Source of the DNA: Leptolyngbyaceae cyanobacterium | GTDB taxonomy: Bacteria; Cyanobacteriota; Cyanobacteriia; Phormidesmidales; Phormidesmidaceae | Reading direction: 5' to 3' | DNA length: 64,000 nucleotides | Assembly: GCA_965263355.1 (NCBI GenBank) | Contig: CBDHHL010000056.1 | Location: 544,001-608,000, forward strand | Notes under the pieces: model-generated | What the model was told of the DNA's origin: nothing | Databases searched by the model: none | Seen by the model: the letters and a program-made list of their open reading frames with translations, nothing else | Position numbers and translations under genes: made by a program | Shown: one piece after another, positions 29,367 to 40,850 of the stretch | How positions within the stretch are numbered: the stretch's first letter is position 1 | How the letters are laid out: every line of letters begins with the position of its first letter

Positions 29367-29564
29367 ATGACCCTCCAGCTAACGGTTCCCAACATGGCCT
29401 GTGATGCCTGTGCCAAAAACATCACAAACGCGGTTAAAGCGCTAGACGGCAATGCAACAGTCACCGCCGATCCAAAAACTAAGCAGGTAGATATCGAGAC
29501 AGAAACGGCTGAAGCCAGCATACGAGAGGCCCTTGAAAAAGCAGGCTATCCGGCTTCGGCTTAA
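29367..29564 (+). CDS. copZ: Copper chaperone (HMA domain, CopZ/Atx1)
   Basis: MACDAC metal motif, 65 aa, AGY terminus, upstream of a Cu-ATPase. Confidence 0.92.
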   Translation: MTLQLTVPNMACDACAKNITNAVKALDGNATVTADPKTKQVDIETETAEASIREALEKAGYPASA

Positions 29565-29600
29565 CTCACCCCGTTACCCCTCAGTGTCTAGGAGGCCACT

Positions 29601-31859
29601 ATGACTACTGCAACCCTAGCCCTAAAGGGTATGAGCTGTGCGGCCTGTGCCAATGCTGTTGAAACCGCCATTCAACAGGTGCCAGGGGTCAATACAGCCC
29701 AGGTTAATTTTGCGGCTGAGCAGGCCAGTGTTGACTTTGATGAGCATAGAACTGGTGTAGATGCCATCACCGCTGCTGTTATCGAAGCAGGGTATAAAGC
29801 GGCTGAAGTTAGGGACATCGGCATTGATATTGAAAAAGACCAAACTGAACGACAACGACAACAACGGTCGCTATGGTCGCGGGTGGTGGTCAGCGGCATT
29901 GTGGGTATTGTGCTGATTGTGGGCTCTATGCCGGCCATGCTGGGCATTCACATTCCCGGTTGGCCGATACTGTTGCACAATGCTTGGTTACAGTTGGTGT
30001 TGTCAACACCGGTTTTGTTCTGGTGTGGCCAGTCGTTTTTTGTGGGAGCCTGGAAAGCGTTTGCCCATCGAGCGGCTAATATGAATACCCTGGTAGCCTT
30101 GGGGACGGGAACAGCCTATCTTTATTCTCTATTTGTCACGCTGTTTCCTTACGTGCTAACGGCCCAAGGACTAACCCCTGAAGTGTATTACGAAGCGGCG
30201 GTGGTCATTATTGCCCTGCTACTCCTGGGACGTTATTTAGAGAATCGAGCCAGGGGACATACCTCAGATGCGATTCGTCAGCTAATGGGACTACAGCCCA
30301 ACATGGCCAGGGTGATCCGCCAGGATAGAGAACTTGATATCCCCATCGAGGCGGTGGTGGTGGGGGATGTGGTAGTGGTGCGCCCCGGCGAAAAAATTCC
30401 TGTGGATGGTGAAGTAATATCAGGCATTTCTACCGTGGATGAGTCCATGGTGACTGGCGAACCTATTCCCGTCCAAAAGACTAGAGGCGACGACGTTATT
30501 GGGGCCACTATCAACAAAACCGGCAGCTTTCGCCTGCGGGCAGCACGGGTGGGCAAAGACACGATGCTGGCCCAAATTGTGCAGCTAGTCCAGGCGGCCC
30601 AGGGGTCAAAAGCCCCCATTCAAAAGCTGGCGGATCAGGTGACTGGCTTATTTGTCCCAGTGGTTATTGCGATCGCACTCCTCACCTTCATGCTCTGGTT
30701 TAACCTTACGGGCAACACCACCCTATCGCTCCTCACCACCGTTGGGGTTTTAATCATTGCCTGCCCCTGTGCCCTGGGCTTGGCCACACCCACATCGATC
30801 ATGGTGGGTACCGGTAAAGGGGCTGAGAACGGCATTTTGATCAAAGATGCCGAGAGTTTAGAGCAGGCCCACAGGCTGCAAACCATTGTGCTGGATAAAA
30901 CCGGCACCCTCACCCAGGGTAACCCCACGGTGACGGACTATCTAACGGTGCGGGAAACTGCTGATGGCAATGGCAGTAGGTTGCTTCAGCTGGCTGCCGC
31001 CGTTGAAAATCAGTCTGAGCATCCCTTGGCGGCGGCTATTGTACAGTATGCCAAAGACCAGGGTGTGGAGGCGCTACCCCTGGTTGACAATTTTGAAGCC
31101 ATCGTCGGCAGTGGGGTCCAGGGTACTGTCAATGAGCGGCAGGTACATATCGGTACGGAAGCGTGGATGCAGAGTCTCGGCATTGATACCGCGATTCTAC
31201 AAGGGCAGCGACAGGCCTGGGAAGCAACGGCTAAAACCACGGTATGGATTGCGGTGGACGGGAACGCAGAAGCCCTCTTGGCCATCGCTGATGCCCTGAA
31301 ACCCTCATCGGCTGGAGCCATCCGAGCATTACAACGCCTGGGGTTAGAAATCGTGATGCTGACCGGGGATAACCCCCAAACAGCTGCGGCCATTGCCCAG
31401 AAGGTGGGCATTCATCGGTATATTGCCCAGGTGCGTCCCGACCAGAAAGCGGCCCATGTGCAACAGCTGCAGGCGGACGGGAAACAAGTGGCCATGGTCG
31501 GCGATGGGATTAATGATGCCCCGGCCCTGGCTCAGGCAGATGTGGGCATTGCCATTGGTACCGGGACTGATATTGCGATCGCAGCCAGCGATATTACCCT
31601 AATTTCTGGAGACCTCAGCGGTATTGTTACCGCTATTCGTCTAAGCAAAGCGACCATGGCCAATATCCGCCAAAATCTGTTCTTTGCCTTTATCTACAAT
31701 GTGGTGGGTATTCCCATTGCCGCCGGTATCCTTTACCCAATTTTGGGCTGGCTTTTGAACCCAATGATTGCTGGCGCAGCCATGGCCTTTAGCTCAGTTT
31801 CTGTGGTCACCAATGCCCTGCGATTGAGAAAATTTAAACCTGAAGGGGTACGGCAATGA
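29601..31859 (+). CDS. copA: Copper-translocating P1B-type ATPase (PacS/CopA)
   Basis: GMSCAAC, TGE, CPC, DKTGT, SEHP, GDGIND, YN and MAFSS motifs. Confidence 0.96.
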   Translation: MTTATLALKGMSCAACANAVETAIQQVPGVNTAQVNFAAEQASVDFDEHRTGVDAITAAVIEAGYKAAEVRDIGIDIEKDQTERQRQQRSLWSRVVVSGIVGIVLIVGSMPAMLGIHIPGWPILLHNAWLQLVLSTPVLFWCGQSFFVGAWKAFAHRAANMNTLVALGTGTAYLYSLFVTLFPYVLTAQGLTPEVYYEAAVVIIALLLLGRYLENRARGHTSDAIRQLMGLQPNMARVIRQDRELDIPIEAVVVGDVVVVRPGEKIPVDGEVISGISTVDESMVTGEPIPVQKTRGDDVIGATINKTGSFRLRAARVGKDTMLAQIVQLVQAAQGSKAPIQKLADQVTGLFVPVVIAIALLTFMLWFNLTGNTTLSLLTTVGVLIIACPCALGLATPTSIMVGTGKGAENGILIKDAESLEQAHRLQTIVLDKTGTLTQGNPTVTDYLTVRETADGNGSRLLQLAAAVENQSEHPLAAAIVQYAKDQGVEALPLVDNFEAIVGSGVQGTVNERQVHIGTEAWMQSLGIDTAILQGQRQAWEATAKTTVWIAVDGNAEALLAIADALKPSSAGAIRALQRLGLEIVMLTGDNPQTAAAIAQKVGIHRYIAQVRPDQKAAHVQQLQADGKQVAMVGDGINDAPALAQADVGIAIGTGTDIAIAASDITLISGDLSGIVTAIRLSKATMANIRQNLFFAFIYNVVGIPIAAGILYPILGWLLNPMIAGAAMAFSSVSVVTNALRLRKFKPEGVRQ

Positions 31860-32059
31860 AATCAAAGACATTTCTGTTGAGTGGTTTATTTTGTTTGGGC
31901 CTAATTATAAGCACAGCAACCATGGCCAGTGGAAATATTGACGAGTTTCAAGCAATTGAACAACCGTTAGGGGTCAAATTAGGCGTAACGGTCATAGGTT
32001 TGGGGTTGATTGTTTTAGAACTATGGTGGTTTCTTGCGAAAAGGCGTCGAGGGAATTAA
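31856..32059 (+). CDS. Small membrane protein translationally coupled to the Cu-ATPase
   Basis: ATGA overlap; signal-like N-terminus and [15 protein letters not shown]. Confidence 0.7.
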   Translation: MKSKTFLLSGLFCLGLIISTATMASGNIDEFQAIEQPLGVKLGVTVIGLGLIVLELWWFLAKRRRGN

Positions 32060-32138
32060 TCCTCAACGCCAAAATTGTCTAGTACAGCGATTTCTTATGG
32101 AGGAACCGATGGGCCGGTGATATTGCTTGCGTAAAGAA

Positions 32139-33136
32139 CTATCCTATTTCTGCTGGTGAAATCTTGCGCAGATGACGCTTACAAACCCCAAGGGTTCCTA
32201 ACATAACTAGGCCAAGCAGCATCGAAGACTCAGGCACTGATTCCGGCGAATCAGTCTCAGTATCACTCCATTTGACCCCTGAGATAGCGCCGCTAACGTC
32301 AGCATACTGAAATTTAATTTGACTCAGCCCCTGAGCTATTCCATTGTTTTCGTCAATCTCAAAACGGAAGACAGTGTTGTTGCCTAGTTGCTGGCCTTCC
32401 TGATATAACGTGACACCGTCAAGGCTAAAGCTGGGTTCTGGATCAGTTGCAGGATCGTATGCAACACCATCTTGAGTCTTGTTGGTCCTGCTGAGGTTAC
32501 CAGAGTTGTACTGACCGCTATACTTGTTATAGAAGCCGCTTACTAAGGCATCAACATCAATATCCAAGATTTTGTCACCTTGATCATTGTAGCCAAAGAC
32601 ATTGATACCTTTGTCTCCATCCTCTTCGAGTTCAACATCTATCAGGGTAAACTGTTGGAAATCAATTAGTTTAGCGATACTATCCTCGCTGGTGAAATCC
32701 AGCAAGACTTCCCCCCCGTTGGCATCATCATTAGGATTTAAATTATTTCTCTTGCTATGCTTCTGGATAATTAGTGCATACCTTGGTCTTGTGTGCCATA
32801 GTCAGAACCTGTTTCCAGGTCATGGTCTTGTCCATCGCGGGTACGTGTATCGTACAACCTTAGCGTAGCGTTGGGGTCACTACTATCGTATTGACCGTTG
32901 CCTCGATAATTTATACCAGAGATATTTACACCCCAGGCAGCCCATTCATCATCAATATTTCTCCCTTCACTAGCTAAATACGTTGAACCAGTTTGGATGA
33001 CATCGTCAATGGTAATGGAATCGAAATCTAAGTGATAAGTTGCAGCTTGAGCAGATGAGCTAAATAGGCCAAACGTCGCAAGCGTGGCACTTGCTGCAGT
33101 GAGTAGTAATTTTATATACGGTCTGGTCGGAATCAT
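32139..33136 (-). pseudogene. PEP-CTERM protein split by a one-base frameshift near 32780
   Basis: 5' ORF has a signal peptide (SSAQA); restoring one base in GGT-AT-GCA gives G-x-ALIIQK...PNDDANGG, in frame with the 3' ORF ending VPE, TM helix, KRHLRK. Confidence 0.85.
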
Positions 33137-33496
33137 GTGGTTGTCTCCCTGTAACGGCCTGTTAATATTTTGGAAATCTATTTGACCACCTAAGCCATAT
33201 GTCAAATTTAATACTCTAGAAATCTGACTGGCTATCGGTAAATACTGATCTTATATGAAGAGTTTGATCTTTATTTGTAGGTTACCCCCCCCCCTTTAAA
33301 GGGGTTTAGTAAAGAACAGATGTTTTTTGTTGTTTTGTTCTAGGGGTTTTCTCTGAATAGGCCCATATACAGACCCCAGTCAAGATCCTTCATCGCTTAG
33401 GCAAGAGTGCTAGAGGCCGTTTCTTTCAGATGCCATCCTATTCAAGTCAGTAACGCTACTTAAAACGCTTTAATCAACGTCCCTAAATCTTTCTGT

Positions 33497-35188
33497 TTAT
33501 TCCCCAAAGGTATCAACCTGAGACTGTTCCACCAGAATTACAAAAATTGTCTCTAGACCATTAGAGAATCGCAGCGTATTGACCAAATCGTGCTCAAGGT
33601 CAATCGCTGAGTCAACGATAATCATATCGGGCCTAAGGGCCAGTGCCTTTTCAATTCCGTCTTTGCCCGTAGCCGCTTCAGTTACGGTATAGCCCCGTCC
33701 CAGCAAAACCTGCGTCAAATTTTGGGTGGTGGCAACATCCATATCCACCACCAACACTTTGCGATTTGACATGCCCTGGTCTAACAAGGTTCTAATATCA
33801 TTGAGCAATAACTCCGTATCGATGGGCTTGGTTAAATAGCGATCCACCCCCAAACGGTATCCTCTTTCTTGATCTTGAATAATCGAGAGAATAATGGTGG
33901 GAATGCCCATAGTCGCCGGGTTATTTTTAAAGACAGCGGCTAAGTCAAAGCCATTGATGGTGGGCATCATCACATCCAAAATGATTAGATCCGGTGTTTC
34001 TGCCTTCACCTGGTTGAGGCCATCCATGCCATCCTTGGCAGTTCTAACCTGGTAGCCAGACGCCTCTAATTCCTGGCGTAGCAACTGGCGAATATGGGGC
34101 TCATCATCAATGACCAAAATTGTTTTATGAGATTTTTCTGTTGGGGTTACGGCGCGATCAACATTTTCTTTTAGTTGTTGTATCAGGGATTGCCAGTCGG
34201 CATTAACCGCCCTACCTGCTTGGGCCATATGGATTGGTAGGGAAAAGGAAAACGTGCTACCCTGCCCTAGCTCGCTTTCCGCCCAAATGCGTCCATTGTG
34301 ATGGTCGATAATTTGTTTACAAATGGGTAATCCCAGCCCAGACCCCTTTGGTTTATCGGTCATTACTTCCCCCACCTGGACAAATTTCCCAAACACTTTT
34401 TCTAGATCATTCTCAGAAAGACCAATGCCCGTATCAATAACGCTGACGACAATTTCGTTATCTTGTTGATAGGCGCGACAGGTGACAGAGCCCCTATCAG
34501 TAAACTTAGTAGCATTGGACAACAGGTTAATTAACACTTGAACCAGGCGGTTGCGATCTCACAGTACCTCTGGCAACCCTGGTTCAAACTCACAAATCAT
34601 ATCTAAACCAATGGTTTGAACCAGCACAGATGTGGCCGAAATCGCCTGGTTAATCACCGCTGTAATATCAGTCGGTTGCATATTCCAGTCGATTTTGCCA
34701 GCTTCAATTTTAGAAATATCCAATACATCCTTGATCAAGGCTGTCAGACGCTCACCCTCAGCCACAATGATGCCAAGGTTGTCACGGACCTGTCGTACCG
34801 CTCGCTCAGTCTTTTTGGTTTCAGTAGTTACAGCCGGTAGTATCGTATCTTCCAGCTTTTTTTGGATCAGTTTTGCAAACCCTAAAACTGAGGTGAAGGG
34901 CGTCCGTAACTCATGGGAAACCGTAGACAGAAAGTCGGTCTTCATCCGCGCCACTTCTTTCTCAGCCGTCATATCCCGAATCAAAACCACCACACCATTT
35001 GACTGATTTGGGTCCGAATTAGATGTAGTTTTAGTATCTTGCGTCAGCAGTAACGTACCATGGCTAGATTTCAGCAACTGACGGGCCTCTTCCAACACCA
35101 GAGACGCCACTTCTTGAATCTCTGGGCAATTAATAATCTTTTCTGACAGCTTAAACAGCAGGAAAATTTCCTTATACCTACCCAACAA
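33497..35188 (-). pseudogene. Hybrid histidine kinase (HisKA-HATPase-REC-REC) with in-frame stop and probable internal deletion
   Basis: SHELRTP; PEVL*DRNRLVQVLINLLSNA with TGA at 34559-34561 in frame; a GAF-like start joins directly to a PAS C-terminal VVVLIRDMT. Confidence 0.85.
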
Positions 35189-35215
35189 CTCCTTTGATTA
35201 AAAATGCATTAGCCT

Positions 35216-35242
35216 GTAGGGGCAATCCCTTGTGGATTCCCT
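35216..35242 (+). repeat. REP-like palindromic repeat
   Basis: GTAGGGGCAATCCCTTGTGGATTCCCT; inverse copy at 53987-54013. Confidence 0.75.
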
Positions 35243-35284
35243 GCGATTCGACAGGATTTCGCATTAGCTTTCCCTCAGCTTACT

Positions 35285-36328
35285 CTATTTCTTTGCGTTC
35301 CGTTTAGCATCCTCTAGCCACTTGTCAAAAGTGCCTTGGTTATTACGAACCCATTCTTCTGCATGGCGACGAATATCCTCAGGACTGTTCTCTCCATCCC
35401 GCATACGTTGATTTTGTAAGCTGACATCTGTGATAGGAATATTAACTACCTCAAACCATCGAGCAATGTCTGGATGAGCCCGTAAAAACTGACGATTTGC
35501 TAAAATTTCGATCTGATTAACTTCAAATCCAAGATTTTTACCATCAACAATAGAGGCATTTGCCTGAATGCCAACAACAGGTACATCTAGCCAGACAACA
35601 TCCTCATCTGGAACTAGAACACCACTCACCCATAAGGGAGTCCATGTGTAGTACAGTACTGGGTTGCCTTCGTCATATCGCTTGATAGTTTTCTCCATCA
35701 AGGCAAAGTAGTTCTTACTATCATGTTCTACAGTGCTTCGCAGGTTATAGTTATCGAGATGGGATTCAATTACGTCTCGACACCCCCACCCTGGTGGGCA
35801 ACCAACTAAGTTAGCTTTGCCATTACCATCTGTGTCAAACAACTTAGCATTTTCTGGATTTCTCAAGTCTTCTAAACTATTAATGCTGTTATTAGTTGAT
35901 GTTGTTTTATCAATCAGATAGCCCTGTAGAGCATTGTCAATTAACGGATTGACTCGTTTCAATTTTTCGTGTCCTCCATTATCTTCAAAGAAATTTCGGT
36001 GGAGAGGATTCCAATGAACAGCTGTGTAATCTAGATAGTCACGGGCAATGGCTTGATGAATAACATCATATTCTAGCTCAGAACCAGCAATTGGGTTATA
36101 TCCTAAGGACTCTAAACCGATATTAATTACTTCAGTTTGAAACAGTTCCTCTAAAGTTGCATAGGCTGAGCGAACGACCTTATCTGAACTGACTAACGAT
36201 ACATTTTCATTGGTAAGATTGCGGCAGCCAGTCAATAAGGTTAAGGCACTGAGTGCTCCCAAAAGTAAAGACCACCGCTTAACTAAGTCGATAGCATAAC
36301 TTGATGAATTAGGCAATAAATGTTTCAT
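35285..36328 (-). CDS. proX: Glycine betaine/proline ABC substrate-binding lipoprotein (ProX family)
   Basis: Lipobox LLTGC, QGYLIDK, LFDTDGNGKANLVGCPPGWGC, YYTWTP. Confidence 0.9.
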   Translation of the reverse strand: MKHLLPNSSSYAIDLVKRWSLLLGALSALTLLTGCRNLTNENVSLVSSDKVVRSAYATLEELFQTEVINIGLESLGYNPIAGSELEYDVIHQAIARDYLDYTAVHWNPLHRNFFEDNGGHEKLKRVNPLIDNALQGYLIDKTTSTNNSINSLEDLRNPENAKLFDTDGNGKANLVGCPPGWGCRDVIESHLDNYNLRSTVEHDSKNYFALMEKTIKRYDEGNPVLYYTWTPLWVSGVLVPDEDVVWLDVPVVGIQANASIVDGKNLGFEVNQIEILANRQFLRAHPDIARWFEVVNIPITDVSLQNQRMRDGENSPEDIRRHAEEWVRNNQGTFDKWLEDAKRNAKK

Positions 36329-36417
36329 AGTCAGTTGATATGTTCTTTAAACAATGAAGTTATCTTGATAGGGATTGATTACAAGCTCCGCCAACAAATG
36401 AGTTCAAAATGTAAATC

Positions 36418-36490
36418 GGGTATCAACTTAAGCCGAGAAATCTTGGCTGAGTAATAGCCTTAGGGAACATCCCGCTTTGAGTTGGTATCC
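36418..36490. mobile_element. Short MITE-like element of the same family as 27006-27131
   Basis: GGGTATCAACTTAAGC...GCTTTGAGTTGGTATCC imperfect terminal inverted repeats. Confidence 0.55.
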
Positions 36491-36724
36491 ATAAACTCTT
36501 CTTTTAACCTTCCTTTAACCTTAGAGAGTCCCTTTAGTGATGAACCGAAATATGATGACTGTGTAAGAAATGACTATCTAGACGGCCAGTATTTATACTT
36601 ATTTGGTAAAGTAACTACAGTTGTCTCTTTTGCTCAAATAATTTGGTTAGATCAGTTTTCAACGACTGTCTTTAAACATACTCATTCAATCTATTTAATT
36701 CAGGAAATAGAAGACGCAATCAGG

Positions 36725-37183
36725 ATGAAAATATTGTTTGTCTGTGATGGAAACATCTGTCGCAGTCCAGTAGCCGCTACCTTTTTTTGTTCTAACTTAG
36801 AAAATGGCAGTATCGAGGTTCGTTCAGCTGGCATTTATGCATCGGTTGGCAGACCACTGATACAGCAAATGCAGCAGGTGTTGTCGGAGTATGGTCTGAC
36901 CGTTGATCATGCTTCTCAGAAAATATCATCTGAAAATTTAACCTGGGCGGATTTAGTTTTCACTATGACCCGTCCCCAGAAATTTATTTTAATTAGCATG
37001 GTGCCAACTATTGCCGACAAAGTGTACACCTTGCAAGAATATATTGGGCATCCAGCCCAGGATGTTGCCGTACCTCGGGATGAAACGTTGTCAGCCTATC
37101 GACAATGTGCTGACTACATTCGGCAAAGTTGCTTATTATTGTATAGAGAGTTGTTTCAAGCTAGGTACGATCGCAGTAAATAG
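36725..37183 (+). CDS. Low-molecular-weight protein tyrosine/arginine phosphatase family protein
   Basis: MKILFVCDGNICRSP P-loop, SAG, ADLVFTM; likely start is the ATG at 36725. Confidence 0.9.
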   Translation: MKILFVCDGNICRSPVAATFFCSNLENGSIEVRSAGIYASVGRPLIQQMQQVLSEYGLTVDHASQKISSENLTWADLVFTMTRPQKFILISMVPTIADKVYTLQEYIGHPAQDVAVPRDETLSAYRQCADYIRQSCLLLYRELFQARYDRSK

Positions 37184-37205
37184 AAACCAACCAATTAGCA
37201 TTAGC

Positions 37206-37769
37206 TCATGTCCCTTGGTTGAGTCTATGGGTGTTATCAGCCCAGTTTAGGGCGGATTCCCAAATCAGATCATAGATGGGGTCCTTGATGTCATAGTAGG
37301 TATCGATATCATTGCTGTGGTGTTTGGCGATTTCACGCTTGCTTAACTCAACAGATTTAGCTGAATTTGGGTGGTTACGGAGATAATCGCGAAATAATAA
37401 GGCATATTGTTGATTTGGATTACCCTCAATTCTCACATGGATATTTGCCCGCCGTTGGCTATCCGGTTGGTGAAATAATTGTTTTGCCCATAAATGGGGG
37501 GTGGCATCTGCCCCTAAGGGAACGTGATCACAGGTAATCTGCCTCCTGTAGTGATAACCTTTTGCCATCAGCTTTTTAGGAATATCGGCAATAAGGGCCT
37601 TTACAGTGATTTGAATGTCGATAACGTCTTTGGCACCCAGACCGGGCACTGAGGTGGACCCAATATGGTCAATACGGAGAGCTTGTGCGCCTAAGATTTC
37701 TGAAAGCGTAGCTTTAATCGTTTCAAATTCTTGGGGCCAGGTAGGTTTGTAGGCGTGAATAACGATCAT
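37206..37769 (-). CDS. GrpB family protein
   Basis: HIGSTSVPGLGAKDVIDI, LLFRDYLR. Confidence 0.92.
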   Translation of the reverse strand: MIVIHAYKPTWPQEFETIKATLSEILGAQALRIDHIGSTSVPGLGAKDVIDIQITVKALIADIPKKLMAKGYHYRRQITCDHVPLGADATPHLWAKQLFHQPDSQRRANIHVRIEGNPNQQYALLFRDYLRNHPNSAKSVELSKREIAKHHSNDIDTYYDIKDPIYDLIWESALNWADNTHRLNQGT

Positions 37770-37794
37770 GGTTTTGGTGGATCATGCTATTAGA

Positions 37795-38469
37795 TTAATG
37801 GGGCTGACGTTCTCGCATTTGGCGTTTCATGGCTATGCGGATCCAACGTTGAATCACTTGTTTCCAGGCATTGAAGTCTGCGTCACTGGGGGTGGTTATT
37901 TGCCAAGCTTGACGAGCTGTAATCTGAGTGCACCATCGATTGAGGTCAGCATAGGCTGCTAGCTCTACACCCAGTCTGCAGAATAAGGGAACGGTTGCGC
38001 CAACAACAATATCTGCCAGATTTAAACGCTCACCGCCAAAGTAAACGTCTTGCCCCAGGTAGCTGTTCAAAAATGTTAGCCCCGTATCGAGTTGTTCTTT
38101 AACCTCTTGGGTTAATGGAATATAGTCTTGATTAACTAATTTAGAGAGTTTTGGAACTAATTCATTAACAGTGACCATCTGAATCATTTTCATGATAGCC
38201 CGTTCCCTATGGCTTGCAGGGATGAGAGACGGTTGGGGATAGCGGTCTTCTAGATAGTCCAAAATCGCGATTGATTCAATCACGCGAAAGCCGTCCTCAA
38301 CGATGACGGGAACATGATGAAAGGGACTGAGGGCAAGAAACTCAGACTGAAACTGTTCGCGTTTACTGAGATCGACGATGACGGGGTCAAAGGGAATCTC
38401 TTTTTCCAGTAGGGCTAACCAAACCCGTCGAGCAATTGGAGATAGGGGGTGATAGTAAAACGTTAGCAT
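37795..38469 (-). CDS. Glutathione S-transferase
   Basis: SPIARRV, SPFHHVPVI, IESIAILDYL, LNLADI; ATG at 38469. Confidence 0.92.
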   Translation of the reverse strand: MLTFYYHPLSPIARRVWLALLEKEIPFDPVIVDLSKREQFQSEFLALSPFHHVPVIVEDGFRVIESIAILDYLEDRYPQPSLIPASHRERAIMKMIQMVTVNELVPKLSKLVNQDYIPLTQEVKEQLDTGLTFLNSYLGQDVYFGGERLNLADIVVGATVPLFCRLGVELAAYADLNRWCTQITARQAWQITTPSDADFNAWKQVIQRWIRIAMKRQMRERQPH

Positions 38470-38964
38470 GGCACAATCCTTTATGAAATAAAATGAGAGA
38501 CCGCTCACAGTCTTTTTTGAGGTAAAAAATGTGATACGGCTGTGTATAGTCCTCTAGGGACTATCCTAGAGTGACCACATAGCTGCAAGATGGCGATTCA
38601 ATATGCTCAGCAATAGCTGCTGTAGATGCCGGATTTGCAACATCCGTTTTATTGGACTCCCTTTGTCTTGGTAGGGAGTTGATCATAGGTATTGCTTATA
38701 AGTCAGGATTTTTACCAAGTTTTTACTTTTCATAGATAGAATGGTAGCGAATGTAACAGTCAGATGTAAGTTTCCTATTTCAAGAAGTTGGGGTATTTTT
38801 TATTTCATGACTTAAAATTATCGGTTCATCGGTTTGAACTACCCAAGCAGATTCATCTTGATGTGCTGGTATCGCACAACAATTGGAGGTTGGGGGCCTT
38901 TTCAAAGATTGTTGTCCTTAAGAGGGTCTTGGGTAATTTATTTTGCCTACCTATTTATCAGCGA

Positions 38965-40056
38965 TCAAACCAAAAAGTCGCGAATTTCATTCGCCAATTG
39001 AGCGCTAGCTGAATCTCCAGTGACAAACTCTACCGCGTCTGCATTGACCGCACCTAAACCAAGATCAGCTGCCCGTCGAATCTGATCTTGATGCCAAATT
39101 GAACCGATTGAAACGTTGCGTGTAGTCCCCAGCTTTCGCAACAGCGCAATACCCACCGCATCAATGGCTATACGATCTGTACTAGCAAACATAGCCCCAG
39201 CCTGTACCCGTTGGCCCTGTTCGGGACCGCCATTTACAAACGCATCCACACCGTCGATAATCACTAACGAAGGGCGATAGGCCGCATTGACTTCGGCGAT
39301 CATTAATCGTTGGCTGGCGGAACGGTGTAGTTCACGCATATAGTCGTGGTTATCGCCCGGTACATAGCGAGCTACCATACCGATAGTGTTTTTTAGTGAC
39401 AGGGTAAAATCACCCCCAAAGCGATGGGTTTTGAGGCAACAGACATTGATAATGGCATCAGCATCAAGCACAGGTCGAGCCACAGCAAACCCCTTTGACC
39501 AATTTGTTCCTGCGGCGGCAAAATACTGCCAGTCTTCTTGCCTTAGGTCATCAAATACCAGGGCATTAAATCCATAACGCTGACTAAGGTTAAAGACCTG
39601 CATTTGCTCCATGGCTCTGCGGGTCTCTGCCATACCAGACCGATCGCCAACGGTAATGCCACTGGCCCCATCTGCCTGAATTTCCTGTACTAATGTTTCT
39701 AATACGATAGGAGCTGTGGCAGCTGGCGCTGGATCACCCGTATTGTAATTGGGCTTAATAAATACTTGCTTGTTGTTGAAGCTGGGAGGCTGCAACAATT
39801 CAATAGCCTGACGCACCCCAGCCGCTCGATCCGTAGTACTAACAATGGCTACACGGTGGGGGTTAAGGTTGGCCGCTGCCAACGGTGCAGCTAAGTTTGC
39901 AGATAACTCTAAGGGCAAACCCAATGGCTCTGACGTGGCCACTGACGTTGTTCCCAATGTATTTAGAAATGGGGGGATGGTAACGGCACCTGCCAGTAGC
40001 CCCAGATATTTTAGTAATCCACGGCGAGATGGGGTAATGGGATGTTGAAGTGACAT
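38965..40056 (-). CDS. DUF362 protein with twin-arginine signal peptide
   Basis: SRRGLLK Tat motif; VFIKPN, LKTH...TLSLKN.IG, IIDG, DRIAIDAVG. Confidence 0.88.
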   Translation of the reverse strand: MSLQHPITPSRRGLLKYLGLLAGAVTIPPFLNTLGTTSVATSEPLGLPLELSANLAAPLAAANLNPHRVAIVSTTDRAAGVRQAIELLQPPSFNNKQVFIKPNYNTGDPAPAATAPIVLETLVQEIQADGASGITVGDRSGMAETRRAMEQMQVFNLSQRYGFNALVFDDLRQEDWQYFAAAGTNWSKGFAVARPVLDADAIINVCCLKTHRFGGDFTLSLKNTIGMVARYVPGDNHDYMRELHRSASQRLMIAEVNAAYRPSLVIIDGVDAFVNGGPEQGQRVQAGAMFASTDRIAIDAVGIALLRKLGTTRNVSIGSIWHQDQIRRAADLGLGAVNADAVEFVTGDSASAQLANEIRDFLV

Positions 40057-40489
40057 AATGAACAGTAGGGAATGACAGATATTGACTAACTACCCTATTG
40101 TGGCTGGTCCGTATGAGAATTATCTGAAGTGAAACGTGTAAATGCCACTAAAATGATTTTCTAGGTCTTTTTAAGCATTGTTGTTTGGTCTGAAGACAAG
40201 AACTCTCGTCACACCATTTTATTCACTCCCCAAGAAGAACGGCCCTAGGCGTATGATTTAAGAAATGTAAACATTAAGCAAACATTAAAACGTTGCGTTT
40301 GATAATCAGTACTAACATCTTAAAAATTCCTGAAGTCCATACTCATTACTAAGCAAAACTCCATCGAGTCAAGATTCATGTTGTTTATTTAGCTCGCATT
40401 GACATATACAGCTTATATATCAGTAGTTTTAGCTGTAATGACAAAATAGATGCGATGGGGGCTGTATATGCAATTCCATTACACGGGTC

Positions 40490-40850
40490 AGTTTCTCTTA
40501 GATGTGCTTGAGCCTTCGCAACGGGGGTATTGCAGCTTTATTTTAAGGCTATTGACGATCATCTTTATATGCCATTGCAGAGAGCATATGACGCTGCGTC
40601 GACTTACCCTTACTTTTCACAGGAGTTGAAGATTGTTCGAACTCTTCTTCCTAAAAGCAGTTTGATTGCCCAGAAAGTAGTTGCTCAAGTCTTAGGGGCT
40701 TTTCCTGAGCACCAGTGCTATAGCGGACCTCTAGAATCAGCGAATGTTAGGCTTTCTAGTACACGAGACGCAGAAATGTTTCAAATTTACCTTTGGGTAT
40801 GTTTGTTAGAAACAAATACCAGTGTTGTACAACGAGAGCTGTTTCCTTTT
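40490..40850 (+). pseudogene. Internal fragment of a conserved cyanobacterial hypothetical protein
   Basis: YFKAIDDHLYMPLQRAY...SSTRDAEMFQIYLWVCLLE...ELFP reads as coding, but there is no proper start and it breaks abruptly near 40850. Confidence 0.55.

Noticed and set aside
33285..33306. Poly-C tract as a phase-variation switch
   Set aside because: Part of a CCCC-TTTAAA-GGGG intergenic hairpin, with no evidence that it lies in a promoter spacer or ORF
34559..34561. TGA as selenocysteine or programmed readthrough
   Set aside because: Non-catalytic position in a kinase that also has a deletion; simple decay is more likely
36482..36724. N-terminal extension of the phosphatase ORF
   Set aside because: Starts at a TTG inside a MITE end; the family begins at MKILFVC (36725)
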